Below are positions 1 through 12,579 of a stretch of 64,000 nt of DNA, piece by piece. How positions within the stretch are numbered: position 1 is the first letter of the stretch; every line of letters starts with the position of its first letter. The notes under the pieces were generated by a model. That model did not search any database. It was given only the letters and a program-made list of their open reading frames with translations, and was not told the origin of the DNA. The position numbers and the translations under genes are program-made. This DNA comes from Macrostomum hystrix (Eukaryota; Animalia; Platyhelminthes), in contig CATNEN010000038.1 in assembly GCA_950097015.1 (NCBI GenBank), forward strand, positions 26,784,001 through 26,848,000, read 5' to 3'.

Positions 1-3000
1 CAGAATAGTGAATGCTGGATATTGGGATCAGAATAGTGAATGCTGGATGTTGGGATCAGAATAGTGAATGCTGGATGTTGGGATCAGTAGGATCAGAATA
101 GTGAATGCTGGATATTGGGATCAGTGGGATCAGAATAGTGAATGCTGGATATTGGGATCAGAATAGTGAATGCTGGATGTTGGGATCAGAATAGTGAATG
201 CTGGATGTTGGGATCAGTAGGATCAGAATAGTGAATGCTGGATATTGGGATCAGTGGGATCAGAATAGTGAATGCTGGATATTGGGATCAGAATAGTGAA
301 TGCTGGATGTTGGGATCAGAATAGTGAATGCTGGATGTTGGGATCAGAATAGTGAATGCTGGATGTTGGGATCAGTAGGATCAGAATAGTGAATGCTGGA
401 TATTGGGATCAGTGGGATCAGAATAGTGAATGCTGGATATTGGGATCAGAATAGTGAATGCTGGATGTTGGGATCAGAATAGTGAATGCTGGATGTTGGG
501 ATCAGTAGGATCAGAATAGTGAATGCTGGATATTGGGATCAGTGGGATCAGAATAGTGAATGCTGGATATTGGGATCAGAATAGTGAATGCTGGATGTTG
601 GGATCAGAATAGTGAATGCTGGATGTTGGGATCAGTAGGATCAGAATAGTGAATGCTGGATATTGGGATCAGTGGGATCAGAATAGTGAATGCTGGATAT
701 TGGGATCAGAATAGTGAATGATGGATATTGGGATCAGTGGGATCAGAATAGTGGATGGTGGATATTGGGATCAGTGGGATCAGAATAGTGAATGCTGGAT
801 ATTGGGATCAGTGGGATCAGAATAGTGAATGCTGGATATTGGGATCAGAATAGTGAATGCTGGATATTGGGATCAGTGGGATCAGAATAGTGAATGCTGG
901 ATATTGGGATCAGAATAGTGAATGATGGATATTGGGATCAGTGGGATCAGAATAGTGGATGGTGGATATTGGGATCAGTGGGATCAGAATAGTGAATGCT
1001 GGATATTGGGATCAGTGGGATCAGAATAGTGAATGCTGGATATTGGGATCAGAATAGTGAATGATGGATATTGGGATCAGTGGGATCAGAATAGTGAATG
1101 CTGGATATTGGGATCAGAATAGTGAATGCTGGATGTTGGGATCAGAATAGTGAATGCTGGATGTTGGGATCAGTAGGATCAGAATAGTGAATGCTGGATA
1201 TTGGGATCAGTGGGATCAGAATAGTGAATGCTGGATATTGGGATCAGAATAGTGAATGCTGGATGTTGGGATCAGAATAGTGAATGCTGGATGTTGGGAT
1301 CAGTAGGATCAGAATAGTGAATGCTGGATATTGGGATCAGTGGGATCAGAATAGTGAATGCTGGATATTGGGATCAGTGGGATCAGAATAGTGAATGCTG
1401 GATATTGGGATCAGTAGGATCAGAATAGTGAATGCTGGATGTTGGGATCAGTAGGATCAGAATAGTGAATGCTGGATATTGGGATCAGTGGGATCAGAAT
1501 AGTGAATGCTGGATATTGGGATCAGAATAGTGAATGCTGGATGTTGGGATCAGAATAGTGAATGCTGGATGTTGGGATCAGTAGGATCAGAATAGTGAAT
1601 GCTGGATATTGGGATCAGTGGGATCAGAATAGTGAATGCTGGATATTGGGATCAGAATAGTGAATGCTGGATGTTGGGATCAGAATAGTGAATGCTGGAT
1701 GTTGGGATCAGTAGGATCAGAATAGTGAATGCTGGATATTGGGATCAGTGGGATCAGAATAGTGAATGCTGGATATTGGGATCAGAATAGTGAATGATGG
1801 ATATTGGGATCAGTGGGATCAGAATAGTGAATGCTGGATATTGGGATCAGAATAGTGAATGCTGGATGTTGGGATCAGTAGGATCAGAATAGTGAATGCT
1901 GGATATTGGGATCAGTGGGATCAGAATAGTGAATGCTGGATATTGGGATCAGAATAGTGAATGCTGGATGTTGGGATCAGAATAGTGAATGCTGGATGTT
2001 GGGATCAGTAGGATCAGAATAGTGAATGCTGGATATTGGGATCAGTGGGATCAGAATAGTGAATGCTGGATATTGGGATCAGAATAGTGAATGCTGGATG
2101 TTGGGATCAGAATAGTGAATGCTGGATGTTGGGATCAGTAGGATCAGAATAGTGAATGCTGGATATTGGGATCAGTGGGATCAGAATAGTGAATGCTGGA
2201 TATTGGGATCAGAATAGTGAATGCTGGATGTTGGGATCAGAATAGTGAATGCTGGATGTTGGGATCAGTAGGATCAGAATAGTGAATGCTGGATATTGGG
2301 ATCAGTGGGATCAGAATAGTGAATGCTGGATATTGGGATCAGAATAGTGAATGCTGGATGTTGGGATCAGAATAGTGAATGCTGGATGTTGGGATCAGTA
2401 GGATCAGAATAGTGAATGCTGGATATTGGGATCAGTGGGATCAGAATAGTGAATGCTGGATATTGGGATCAGAATAGTGAATGCTGGATGTTGGGATCAG
2501 AATAGTGAATGCTGGATGTTGGGATCAGAATAGTGAATGCTGGATGTTGGGATCAGTAGGATCAGAATAGTGAATGCTGGATATTGGGATCAGTGGGATC
2601 AGAATAGTGAATGCTGGATATTGGGATCAGAATAGTGAATGCTGGATGTTGGGATCAGAATAGTGAATGCTGGATGTTGGGATCAGTAGGATCAGAATAG
2701 TGAATGCTGGATATTGGGATCAGTGGGATCAGAATAGTGAATGCTGGATATTGGGATCAGAATAGTGAATGCTGGATGTTGGGATCAGAATAGTGAATGC
2801 TGGATGTTGGGATCAGTAGGATCAGAATAGTGAATGCTGGATATTGGGATCAGTGGGATCAGAATAGTGAATGCTGGATATTGGGATCAGAATAGTGAAT
2901 GATGGATATTGGGATCAGTGGGATCAGAATAGTGGATGGTGGATATTGGGATCAGTGGGATCAGAATAGTGAATGCTGGATATTGGGATCAGTGGGATCA

Positions 3001-3110
3001 GAATAGTGGATGGTGGATATTGGGATCAGTGGGATCAGAATAGTGAATGCTGGATATTGGGATCAGTGGGATCAGTTTAGTGGATGGTGGGTATTGGGAT
3101 CAGTTGGATG
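1..3110. repeat. 28-bp minisatellite with optional 9-bp insert; 130-bp higher-order repeat (VPS26 intron 2)
   Basis: Unit CAGAATAGTGAATGCTGGAT(A/G)TTGGGAT plus CAGT(A/G)GGAT inserts; the 4x28+2x9 pattern recurs at 1, 131, 261. Confidence 0.97.
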
Positions 3111-3124
3111 TGGGCAGTACTTAC

Positions 3125-3335
3125 CAATGAGACCAAGCAGTTCAACGCGAATGCCATAGTGCTCCATCTTGCTGTGCTTAAGTCGAATATGGAGCCGGCC
3201 AGACACAGCCTCTCCATCATAGTAGATGGGGCAGGCCAGTCTCGCGCCATTTTCTTGCGGAATGTCGCCCTGTTGTCTATCTTCGGCGCCGTCCAGGATA
3301 ATCTCAAGCTCGGCGGCCGAGCCGAATAGAAAATT
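3125..3335 (-). CDS. VPS26: VPS26 retromer subunit, coding exon 2
   Basis: Manual translation NFLFGSAAELEIILDGAEDRQQGDIPQENGARLACPIYYDGEAVSGRLHIRLKHSKMEHYGIRVELLGLI matches the VPS26 N-terminal pattern (YDGESVSG..LEHQGIRIEF.GQIE); flanked by tttag and GTAAGT. This frame is not in the ORF track. Confidence 0.9.
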
Positions 3336-3918
3336 CTAAATTCGGATCATTTCAAGAACAAATATGTTGTGTTTTATATGAGAGTTTTGAAGCTAATTTT
3401 GCTGACCCCTGAGCATACACGCCCATGGATACATACACAGATACTTACAAATGTATATATATATATATAAAGATATATTATTCAAAAAATAAAAAAATCT
3501 GTGAAGGTTACTTTTTAGTTGCATTTTGTAACGCAATGTCTATATTGTCATTTATACTTTTTTAATCATTTTATCATGTTTTTATACTTAGTCATATTTC
3601 TTCTATTATCTAATTGTCTAGATAGCTAGCTACATAGCTTTGCTGTCCAAAAATTAAAATGTTTTATTCTATAAGTATAGAAGCCCTACAGAGATTACTG
3701 ACAAGAATTGCTAAGACTAGAAATCTGTGGTTGATTAACTTTTCAACTAGCCATGGAATGCAACATGGAACATGCAATGTACATGACTATGACATGAACA
3801 TTAAATGCACTCAGCTTGCTGCATAACCCCTACCTAAGTCTCCCACCAGTCCTCAGATATAGTCCTCTACCTTTTTTAAACAAACCTACAAAGTAAGCAG
3901 ACAATTGACTACAGTTTA

Positions 3919-4159
3919 CATACATGAGCAACCTCCCAAATCTTAGCCGGCCATGTGACTTAGTTTTTGCTCTATTTACAACTTAGTTTGCTCTCATTTG
4001 CTCTCTTTTTCTCTCCCCTTTTTCCTTTTCTTCACGCCTTCCTTTTTTGTCCCTTGGTCCCCCTTTGATTTTTTTGCACTTGGTCGATTGGTTTTTGCGA
4101 CTTACCTTGCTTGGCACTCGTTTCACCCAGCCAGTTCGGCCGGGTGTTGAGCATGTATG
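3919..4159 (-). mobile_element. hAT-like MITE copy 1
   Basis: Termini CATACATGAGCAAC...GTTGAGCATGTATG; direct repeat TACAGTTTA at 3910-3918 and 4160-4168; inverted homologue of 5583-5863. Confidence 0.85.
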
Positions 4160-4386
4160 TACAGTTTATATATAATTGTATGCATACATCTATGCCCCCA
4201 ATAATGGCAAAAGGCCAACAAAATTGCCACCTAATGTCCATGCACATGAGTTTATATGAACACCTGAAATGTGCTTATTCAGGGGGTCAGTGGCTGAGCA
4301 GTATCAGGTTTGCCTCTAGCACAATGTTCCTTAAGTTAAGTTTGCTTTAAGGGCCAACCTTAAATGTACCAAGTGAAATTTACACA

Positions 4387-4605
4387 GCCTGAGGATGAGA
4401 AACTCAATGTAGATATAAGGCAATGTAGGTATACATCCATGTGAGCATATGCCTATGTATGAGCTGTACAGTATGTGTGTGTGCTCAGGAGTCAGCAAAA
4501 TGGCCAGAATTGCCTCCTTGCTAGATGCCTCCTAGTGTTACCAAATGATGTGGCATTGCCTGCAGCCATCCTGCAATTATTATTATTATTATCATTATTA
4601 TTATG
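4387..4605 (+). mobile_element. Short interspersed element with conserved 5' hairpin and (ATT)n tail, copy A
   Basis: Shares CCTGANGATGNGAAA hairpin, GTGCTCAGGAGTCAGC and CAGAATTGCCTCC with 19844-19997 and 45525-45665; ends in (ATT)n. Confidence 0.6.
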
Positions 4606-5004
4606 TGCTTGGTCATTGCTTACATAAAACTTACATTTTTGTGATCTCTTTACACTATAAAACTGCTAGTTGGTAAAACTGCCCAGAATGCAAAAGGAGG
4701 AGAGCTGCAGTACAACAGATAATACAATATAGAGTTAAGTATATTATAATCCATCTTGGCCAATCATGCGTGCAAGTTGTAAATGTGCTCACTTTGATAT
4801 GCAATTAAACAAAAGCAAATATAAAGGTAACTCGATCTTTTATGCCTATACCTTTTGGCTCTTTACTAGATACTACCACTTTTGACTTTGCACCCTATGA
4901 CCAGACTAAGTATATAGTGTAAAGTCAGCAATGTTCTACTTCCGTTCGTTAAATTAATTTTTCATTTGAATTTGTGCCACACATGCATTCTGAGTTTGAA
5001 AAAG

Positions 5005-5223
5005 TGAACCGGCCAGGTGAAACTAGGGCCAAGCAAGGTAAGTCGCAAAAACCAATCAACCAAGCGCAAAAAAATCAAAGGGGGACCAAGGGACAAAAAA
5101 GGAAGGCATGAGAAGAGGATAAGGGGGAGAGAAAAAGAGAGCAAATGAGAGCAAACTAAGTCGTAAATAGAGCTAAAACTAAATCGCACAGCCGGCTAAG
5201 ATTTGGGAGATTGCACATGTATG
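5005..5223 (+). mobile_element. hAT-like MITE copy 2 (left end truncated)
   Basis: Homologous to 5615-5863; degenerate right TIR ATTGCACATGTATG; no left TIR. Confidence 0.75.
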
Positions 5224-5582
5224 TGATGTGGCTTTGCCATGACTTGACACTTAGATCTAAGTCTATGGCAAAATCTACCAAATATTGGGGAACAGGAAGC
5301 TAAAGCACAAAAATTCTGTAGCTGAAGATTTTGTAGGCCTAAAACCTTGCATTCAAAAAAATAATTCTTTACCTTAACTATGGCTGGACACTTGCAATTT
5401 TTGCATACACTGCCTTGCAGAACCACACATTTGTCAACCACATAAAATGTGGTTATGGTTAAACAACCACTTTGTGGACCCAGCCAATCCGATGCTTGAT
5501 ATGATTATGAATACCATCAAGGGCACCTGGGCCGATGTGAAGGCCAAGCTGAGTCAAATGCATAGCATGAGTGCTGCTGTAT

Positions 5583-5863
5583 CATACATGCGCAACACCC
5601 GGCCGACCCAGCCGAACCGGCCGGGTGAAACGAGGGCCAAGCAAGGTAAGTCGCAAAAACCAATCAACCAAGCGCAAAAAAATCAAAGGGGGGACCAAGG
5701 GACAAAAAAGGAAGGCGTGAAAAAAAGGAAAAAGGGGAGAGAAAAAGAGAGCAAATGAGAGCAAACTAAGTCGTAAATAGAGCAATGAAACGAACTAAGT
5801 TGCAAATGAGAGCAAAAACTAAGTCGCACGGCCGGCTAAGATTTGGGAGGTTGCGCATGTATG
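5583..5863 (+). mobile_element. hAT-like MITE copy 3 (intact)
   Basis: Perfect 14-bp TIRs CATACATGCGCAAC (5583-5596) and GTTGCGCATGTATG (5850-5863); 8-bp TSD TGCTGTAT at 5575-5582 and 5864-5871. Confidence 0.92.
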
Positions 5864-6213
5864 TGCTGTATTCGAAAGCCACCTTGAAGAATTCTTATGG
5901 CACCATCTATACCCCAAGAATAGGCCCCTAGCTTCGGTGCCCTCCTCTATTGGATTAGGCACTATTACCTGGTTTGAAAAAAGCAAGACTGACCAAGACT
6001 TTTCAGAACTGTCTGACCAAACTACAGACTTTTTGTTACCGTTAAACTTGTTTTTTTGTCGTTATCTGTCGCTTGCAAACAAAAAGTGATATAATGAATG
6101 GAAGTAGAACATTGCCATAAATTCTTAAGCAATAGCTAATTTTTAGTTACACTACAATTTAGTTAAAGAACAAGAACAACAAATAGAGCCACTGTTTTGC
6201 TAAATAAACTTAC

Positions 6214-6219
6214 CATCAT
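6214..6219 (-). CDS. VPS26: VPS26 first coding micro-exon (ATG ATG, then phase-0 donor)
   Basis: Minus strand AAACATGATG|GTAAGT joins in phase 0 to AAT TTT CTA TTC, giving (M)MNFLFG. Confidence 0.7.
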
Positions 6220-6245
6220 GTTTAGCTAATCAAAATCAGTCACTG

Positions 6246-6830
6246 TGAAGGGCAATATGTCAATTCTGATAAGTCAATATGTAAATAAATGAATTTAGCT
6301 ATATCGTTATGCTGCTATGGCTATATGCCTATATCGCAGTGTTATTGCGAATAGATTATATAATTGGAGTATGCAATTATTAGTAACTACAGAGAGAAAC
6401 TGTATAATTTAGCTCGCTTAAAATACAATACCGTAAAAAACAAAAAACGATGCCGCAGTTTAGCCCTTTAGGTAAGGTAAGGTGCTCGCTCGGTTCGGCA
6501 ACAAGGATATACATAGTGTCAAAAAAAGCTGTTTCTATAAAAAGTTTAAACTTTTCAAATCCTTAGCATAACAAATCGATTACTTTTACTGCTAGAAATC
6601 ATACAAATCGATTATCAAATTTGCTTTTAAATACAGTTTTATAAGAAAAAATACGAACAGCTTTTATCAGTGCTGTGTTAACTGAAAAGAGTTTTTAAAT
6701 TTCCATGATAATAAAAATTCCATGAACAAACTTTTATTACTCATGGAGAAGTTCGAACATTGATTTTCTTTTCACTAAGGCGTTCACCGTCGAGAACTTG
6801 GACCAAGTAAACTAAAATCGGATAATTGCT
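6246..6830. promoter_or_regulatory. Probable shared bidirectional promoter of VPS26 and Ras
   Basis: Divergent ATGs about 620 bp apart; duplicated ACAAATCGATTA at 6571-6582 and 6603-6614. Confidence 0.5.
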
Positions 6831-6839
6831 AGGTTTATT

Positions 6840-6870
6840 ATGTCGGAGTATAAAATTGTTGTCGTTGGAG
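6840..6870 (+). CDS. Ras: Ras GTPase exon 1
   Basis: ATG TCG GAG TAT AAA ATT GTT GTC GTT GGA G|GTAAGT = MSEYKIVVVG. Confidence 0.95.
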
Positions 6871-7650
6871 GTAAGTATTCATCTCAAGCTCTAGGGTACG
6901 GAATTTCCTATCCTGTATGTTTTAATACAGTTTTTATGGTTCCATTTGAATAAAGCTGCTTGTTTGATACGCTTTAATAAAGCTAAGAAAGTAATTAAAA
7001 GAAAAAAGTTAATAACACGAAAAATTGTGTTAGTAAGTAACAAACTAAGGATGGCTGACTATTTAAAGGAAATAAAAAAGATTTGATTTTTTTGCATTTT
7101 GCCTGATTATTTAATTGTTTCTAAATTCGTAGTTTCCATTTCATTCGAGATGAATGAATGGCTACACACCCTAGAGTCACTATATATATACATAGTTGGT
7201 GGCGTTTAATTTACTATAGTAATAAAGGTTACCTCTCCAAATGGAAATTTCATATATTTATATTTACATATTACATATTTCTATAATTTACACGTTACCA
7301 CAAAGCTGCACAAAAGAGCAATACTGAAATTTAAAAGCTTTCTATTTATGTGCACCCCTATTGTAATTAGAAATAAGAAATTTGTGTTACTGAGAATTTT
7401 AAAACAAGTAAAGATAACTGTGACAATGTATTGGGTTTAATATTTTAAAGAATATATGAACCAATATAGCTTATTTTTCATTTATTAAATTTAAGTATTT
7501 TGAGTTACACTAGTAAGAAAGTAAAAAGATAAATATTAAAGCATAGCTAGCTCTTAAAATGCGCTGTTTAAATAAGCTATACATTGAACAGATGCTTGGA
7601 TATTAAATTCTAATTATATTTCCAATTTACTACCCAAAATCTTACCATAG

Positions 7651-7813
7651 CTGGCGGCGTTGGCAAGAGTGCCCTGACAATACAGCTGATTCAGAACCAC
7701 TTTGTCGAGGAGTATGATCCAACAATTGAGGATTCTTATCGCAAGCAGGTGGTTATTGATGGTGAGACTTGCCTGCTGGACATTCTGGACACCGCTGGTC
7801 AAGAAGAGTACAG
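7651..7813 (+). CDS. Ras: Ras GTPase exon 2
   Basis: [54 protein letters not shown] (G1-G3 motifs); tag| and |GT boundaries in phase. Confidence 0.97.
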
Positions 7814-8974
7814 GTGTGTTTCATGATTTATTGTCTGCTTTCATTGTCCTGTAGTAATTACATTCGCAGCATTATTAATAGCTCGTATATTTGCACATAA
7901 TCTAGTTATCTAATAATATAGAGTTGATTTTTCATTCTGAAAGTCATGTTTAAGGGTTGATTGGTTAACACTGAAGGGACAGGTGCATAAACCCCCATCA
8001 ATAACAATGGAAGAGTTCTAGATTTAATAGATTTATCTGTCTCACCCACCTGAATTTCTAACCCCGGCTGGTAATGCACTCATTTGACAGCTGTTCCAGT
8101 TGAAGCAATCAAGGATTGAACTCCAGGGTACAAATTATTTCAATTACATTCGAACTCATGACTTCTTTGTCGTCGAGAGCGAAAATTCAGTTAAAAATGA
8201 TTTTGATTTTTTAAATAGAATATTAGAATAGAATATTATATTATATTCTAAGCATTGCGTATTAAGGTAGCTGCGCACTTAAGTCTATCTAGACAGCTAA
8301 AAAATCGATAGACCCTTAAGACTACAATTGTTCGAGTGTTTAGATAGGCTGCGGTTGTTAGATAGGCGGTTAGGCTTTTGAGAGATATTTTATGACGCAG
8401 ATGAGAACGGGAATAGAAAGCTGATTAGATAAGACAGATGGGACCGCAGCATACAGGATGGTAGGTCAGGGATTTTAGACCGAATCTGCAGGATAGATGT
8501 TTAGTAAAGAGGAAATTTTCGAATCAAAAACAAGTAATGTAAATTAGGAATGCACTTTTCTAGCTTAAATCCTCAATATTTCGTATGAGCAAGTCATTAC
8601 ATTCGAAATAATGATATTTTTGTAGCCTAAATTATGCTGTAATGTCCATGGATTGTGACCGAATGCTATCTAGGTTCTTAAAAAATGCGACATGCAGCTT
8701 GTGCTCGCATGTGCGGAACCTCGTGAGCCGCTAATTGCTATGCAATTCTATTTTTGCACCCGTCTAGCTTTTAGATGCTTTCCACTGCGGCTTAGCGCGG
8801 CGCGAGTCATTTTTCCTCTTTTCAACCCTGATCATAATTTTATGCTTCCCTGTGGATCACAGTGTCCTTCTGTTCGTTTGGCTAAAAATATTTTATATGG
8901 CACGACAATGTCCATCCTCCCCATTGCCTAGAGTCAATATTTCACTGCGTCAAATCTCAATACCCCCCCTGTGC

Positions 8975-11695
8975 CTAGAGTCACTCTTCTCACACCCTAG
9001 AGTCACTCTTCTCACACCCTAGAGAGTCACTCTTCTCGCACCCTAGGGTCACTCTTCCCTTACTTGCCAAGAGTCACTGTTCTCACACCCTAGAGTCACT
9101 CTTCTCACACCCTAGAGTCACTCTTCTCACACCCTAGAGTCACTCTTCTCACACCCTAGAGTCACTCTTCTCACACCCTAGAGTCACTCTTCTCACACCC
9201 AAGAGTCACTCTTCTCACACCCTAGAGTCACTCTTCTCACACCCTTGCGTCACTCTTCTTACACCCTAGAGTCACTCTTCTCACACCCTAGAGTCACTCT
9301 TCTCACACCCTAGAGTCACTCTTCTCACACCCTAGAGTTACTCTTCTCACACCCTTGCGTCACTCTTCTCACACCCTAGAGTCACTCTTCTTGCACGCTA
9401 GAGTCACTCTTCTCACACCCTTGCGTCACTCTTCTCACACCCTAGAGTCACTCTTCTCACACCCTAGAGTCACTCTTCTCACACCCTAGAGTCACTCTTC
9501 TCACACCCTAGAGTCACTCTTCTCACACCCTAGAGTCACTCTTCTCACACCCTAGAGTCACTCTTCTCACACCCTAGAGTCACTCTTCTCACACCCTAGA
9601 GTCACTCTTCTCACACCCTAGAGTCACTCTTCTCACACCCTAGAGTCACTCTTCTCACACCCTAGAGTCACTCTTCTCACACCCTAGAGTCACTCTTCTC
9701 GCACCCTAGAGTCACTCTTCTCACACCCTAGAGTCACTCTTCTCACACCCTAGAGTCACTCTTCTCAAACCCTTGCGTCACTCTTCTCACACTCTAGAGT
9801 CACTCTTCTTGCACCCTAGAGTCACTCTTCTCACACCCTAGAGTCACTCTTCTCGCACACAAGAGTCACTCTTCTCACACCCTAGAGTCACTCTTCTCAC
9901 ACCCTAGAGTCACTCTTCTCACACCCTAGAGAGTCACTCTTCTCACACCCTAGGGTCACTCTTCCCTCACTTGCCAAGAGTCACTGTTCTCACACCCTAG
10001 AGTCACTCTTCTCACACCCTAGAGTCACTCTTCTCACACCCTTGCGTCACTCTTCTCACACCCTAGAGTCACTCTTCTTGCACCCTAGAGTCACTCTTCT
10101 CACACCCTAGAGTCACTCTTCTCACACCCTAGAGTCACTCTCCTCACACCCTAGAGTCACTCTTCTCGCACCCTAGAGTCACTCTTCTCACACCCTAGAG
10201 TCACTCTTCTCACACCCTAGAGTCACTCTTCTCACACCCTAGAGTCACTCTTCTCGCACCCTAGAGTCACTCTTCCCTCACTTGCCAAGAGTCACTGTTC
10301 TCACACCCTAGAGTCACTCTTCTCACACCCTAGAGTCACTCTTCTCACACCCTAGAGTCACTCTTCTCACACCCTAGAGTCACTCTTCTCGCACCCTAGA
10401 GTCACTCTTCCCTCACTTGCCTAGAGTCACTCTTCTCACACCCTAGAGTCACTCTTCTCACACCCTAGAGTCACTCTTCTCGCACACAAGAGTCACTCTT
10501 CTCACACCCTAGAGTCACTCTTCTCACACCCTAAAGTCACTCTTCTCACACCCTAGAGTCACTCTTCTCACACCCTAGAGTCACTCTTCTCACACCCTAG
10601 ATTCACTCTTCCCTCACTTGCCTAGAGTCACTCTTCTCACACCCTAGAGTCACTCTTCTCACACCCTAGAGTCACTCTTCTCACACCCTAGAGTCACTCT
10701 TCTCACACCCTAGAGTCACTCTTCTCACACCCTAGAGTCACTCTTCTCGCACCCTAGAGTCACTCTTCTCACACCCTAGAGTCACTCTTCTCACACCCTA
10801 GAGTCACTCTTCTCAAACCCTTGCGTCACTCTTCTCACACTCTAGAGTCACTCTTCTTGCACCCTAGAGTCACTCTTCTCACACCCTAGAGTCACTCTTC
10901 TCGCACACAAGAGTCACTCTTCTCACACCCTAGAGTCACTCTTCTCACACCCTAGAGTCACTCTTCTCACACCCTAGAGAGTCACTCTTCTCACACCCTA
11001 GGGTCACTCTTCCCTCACTTGCCAAGAGTCACTGTTCTCACACCCTAGAGTCACTCTTCTCACACCCTAGAGTCACTCTTCTCACACCCTTGCGTCACTC
11101 TTCTCACACCCTAGAGTCACTCTTCTTGCACCCTAGAGTCACTCTTCTCACACCCTAGAGTCACTCTTCTCACACCCTAGAGTCACTCTCCTCACACCCT
11201 AGAGTCACTCTTCTCGCACCCTAGAGTCACTCTTCTCGCACCCTAGAGTCACTCTTCTCACACCCTAGAGTCACTCTTCTCACACCCTAGAGTCACTCTT
11301 CTCACACCCTAGAGTCACTCTTCTCGCACCCTAGAGTCACTCTTCCCTCACTTGCCAAGAGTCACTGTTCTCACACCCTAGAGTCACTCTTCTCACACCC
11401 TAGAGTCACTCTTCTCACACCCTAGAGTCACTCTTCTCACACCCTAGAGTCACTCTTCTCGCACCCTAGAGTCACTCTTCCCTCACTTGCCTAGAGTCAC
11501 TCTTCTCACACCCTAGAGTCACTCTTCTCACACCCTAGAGTCACTCTTCTCGCACACAAGAGTCACTCTTCTCACACCCTAGAGTCACTCTTCTCACACC
11601 CTAAAGTCACTCTTCTCACACCCTAGAGTCACTCTTCTCACACCCTAGAGTCACTCTTCTCACACCCTAGATTCACTCTTCTCACTTGCCTAGAG
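8975..11695. repeat. 22-bp minisatellite (Ras intron 2)
   Basis: Unit CCTAGAGTCACTCTTCTCACAC, about 120 copies; internal duplication of about 1.05 kb. Confidence 0.97.
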
Positions 11696-12579
11696 CGCTA
11701 TTTCCCTACGCTTAGAGTCAGTTTTCCTGCCTTTGCCTAGTCAGTCCCCGCGCTACCCCCAGAGCAATATTTGTCAGAGTTTCGGAGCAATAACGGATAG
11801 AGCAGCAGTTGAGACCGGAATTAAGAAAACACAGGAACCTGGATGTGCAAGCAGAGTGGGTTGCTATGGTGACGGAGGATAATACTCGGGCTTGAGGACG
11901 CGAAGTAGCATTGTACTTTTTCATTTCCACTAATACTCTAATATCATACATTTTTAGCTTAGGCAGCATTGCGTTAAACTACGAGTCAAAAACGGTCCAC
12001 AGTCATTGTTCTGTCGTGTAGATGTAGGTTTTTGCAACTAAGAATGCTTAGAAAGAATACTGCCCTCATCTTTTCAATCCCAGACTCCCAGGCCAGTAGG
12101 GATTTGGAATATAGGCCAGGGCTTGAGTGCACATCAGCAGCTAATTAGGAAAATGCAAAATTTGTTTAAAAGCTGAAACTAATGCTTAGAAGCCGGTTTA
12201 AACTGGTTTGTTAGAGAATTGTCCCAAGCCGCTAATGATTCATTTTGCTTGTCCTTTATCTAGATTAACGAGCCGCCATGGCTGCAGTCAGTTGCTGAGA
12301 TTATTAGCGCTACTTTGAAGGAGAATCGCTTTGACGAATCCTGCTCCACTTCTGGGTAGCAGCTACCTGTATCAGTCTCGCTGCGGGGAAGGCTCTCCAC
12401 TGCTTGCCAATGAGGGCGGGGGCCACTGCTGTAGTCAGTCTGGCCTGCTGGAGCGAGCATTCTCTGCCGAAGTACCAGAAATGCTTAGTCCCTGTCTTCC
12501 TCAAATTCCAGGCGTGTGTCGTAAATCGCTGGGGGAATGGAAATCAGGAAATCCCATAGCCTTCCCAATCTCACTAACT

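Noticed and set aside
3077-3329. Track ORFs 3077..3307 and 3084..3329
   Set aside because: Wrong frame or strand of the VPS26 exon
8061-8150. Very degraded reverse SINE-like fragment in Ras intron 2
   Set aside because: Similarity to 56031-56190 is too patchy to delimit by eye
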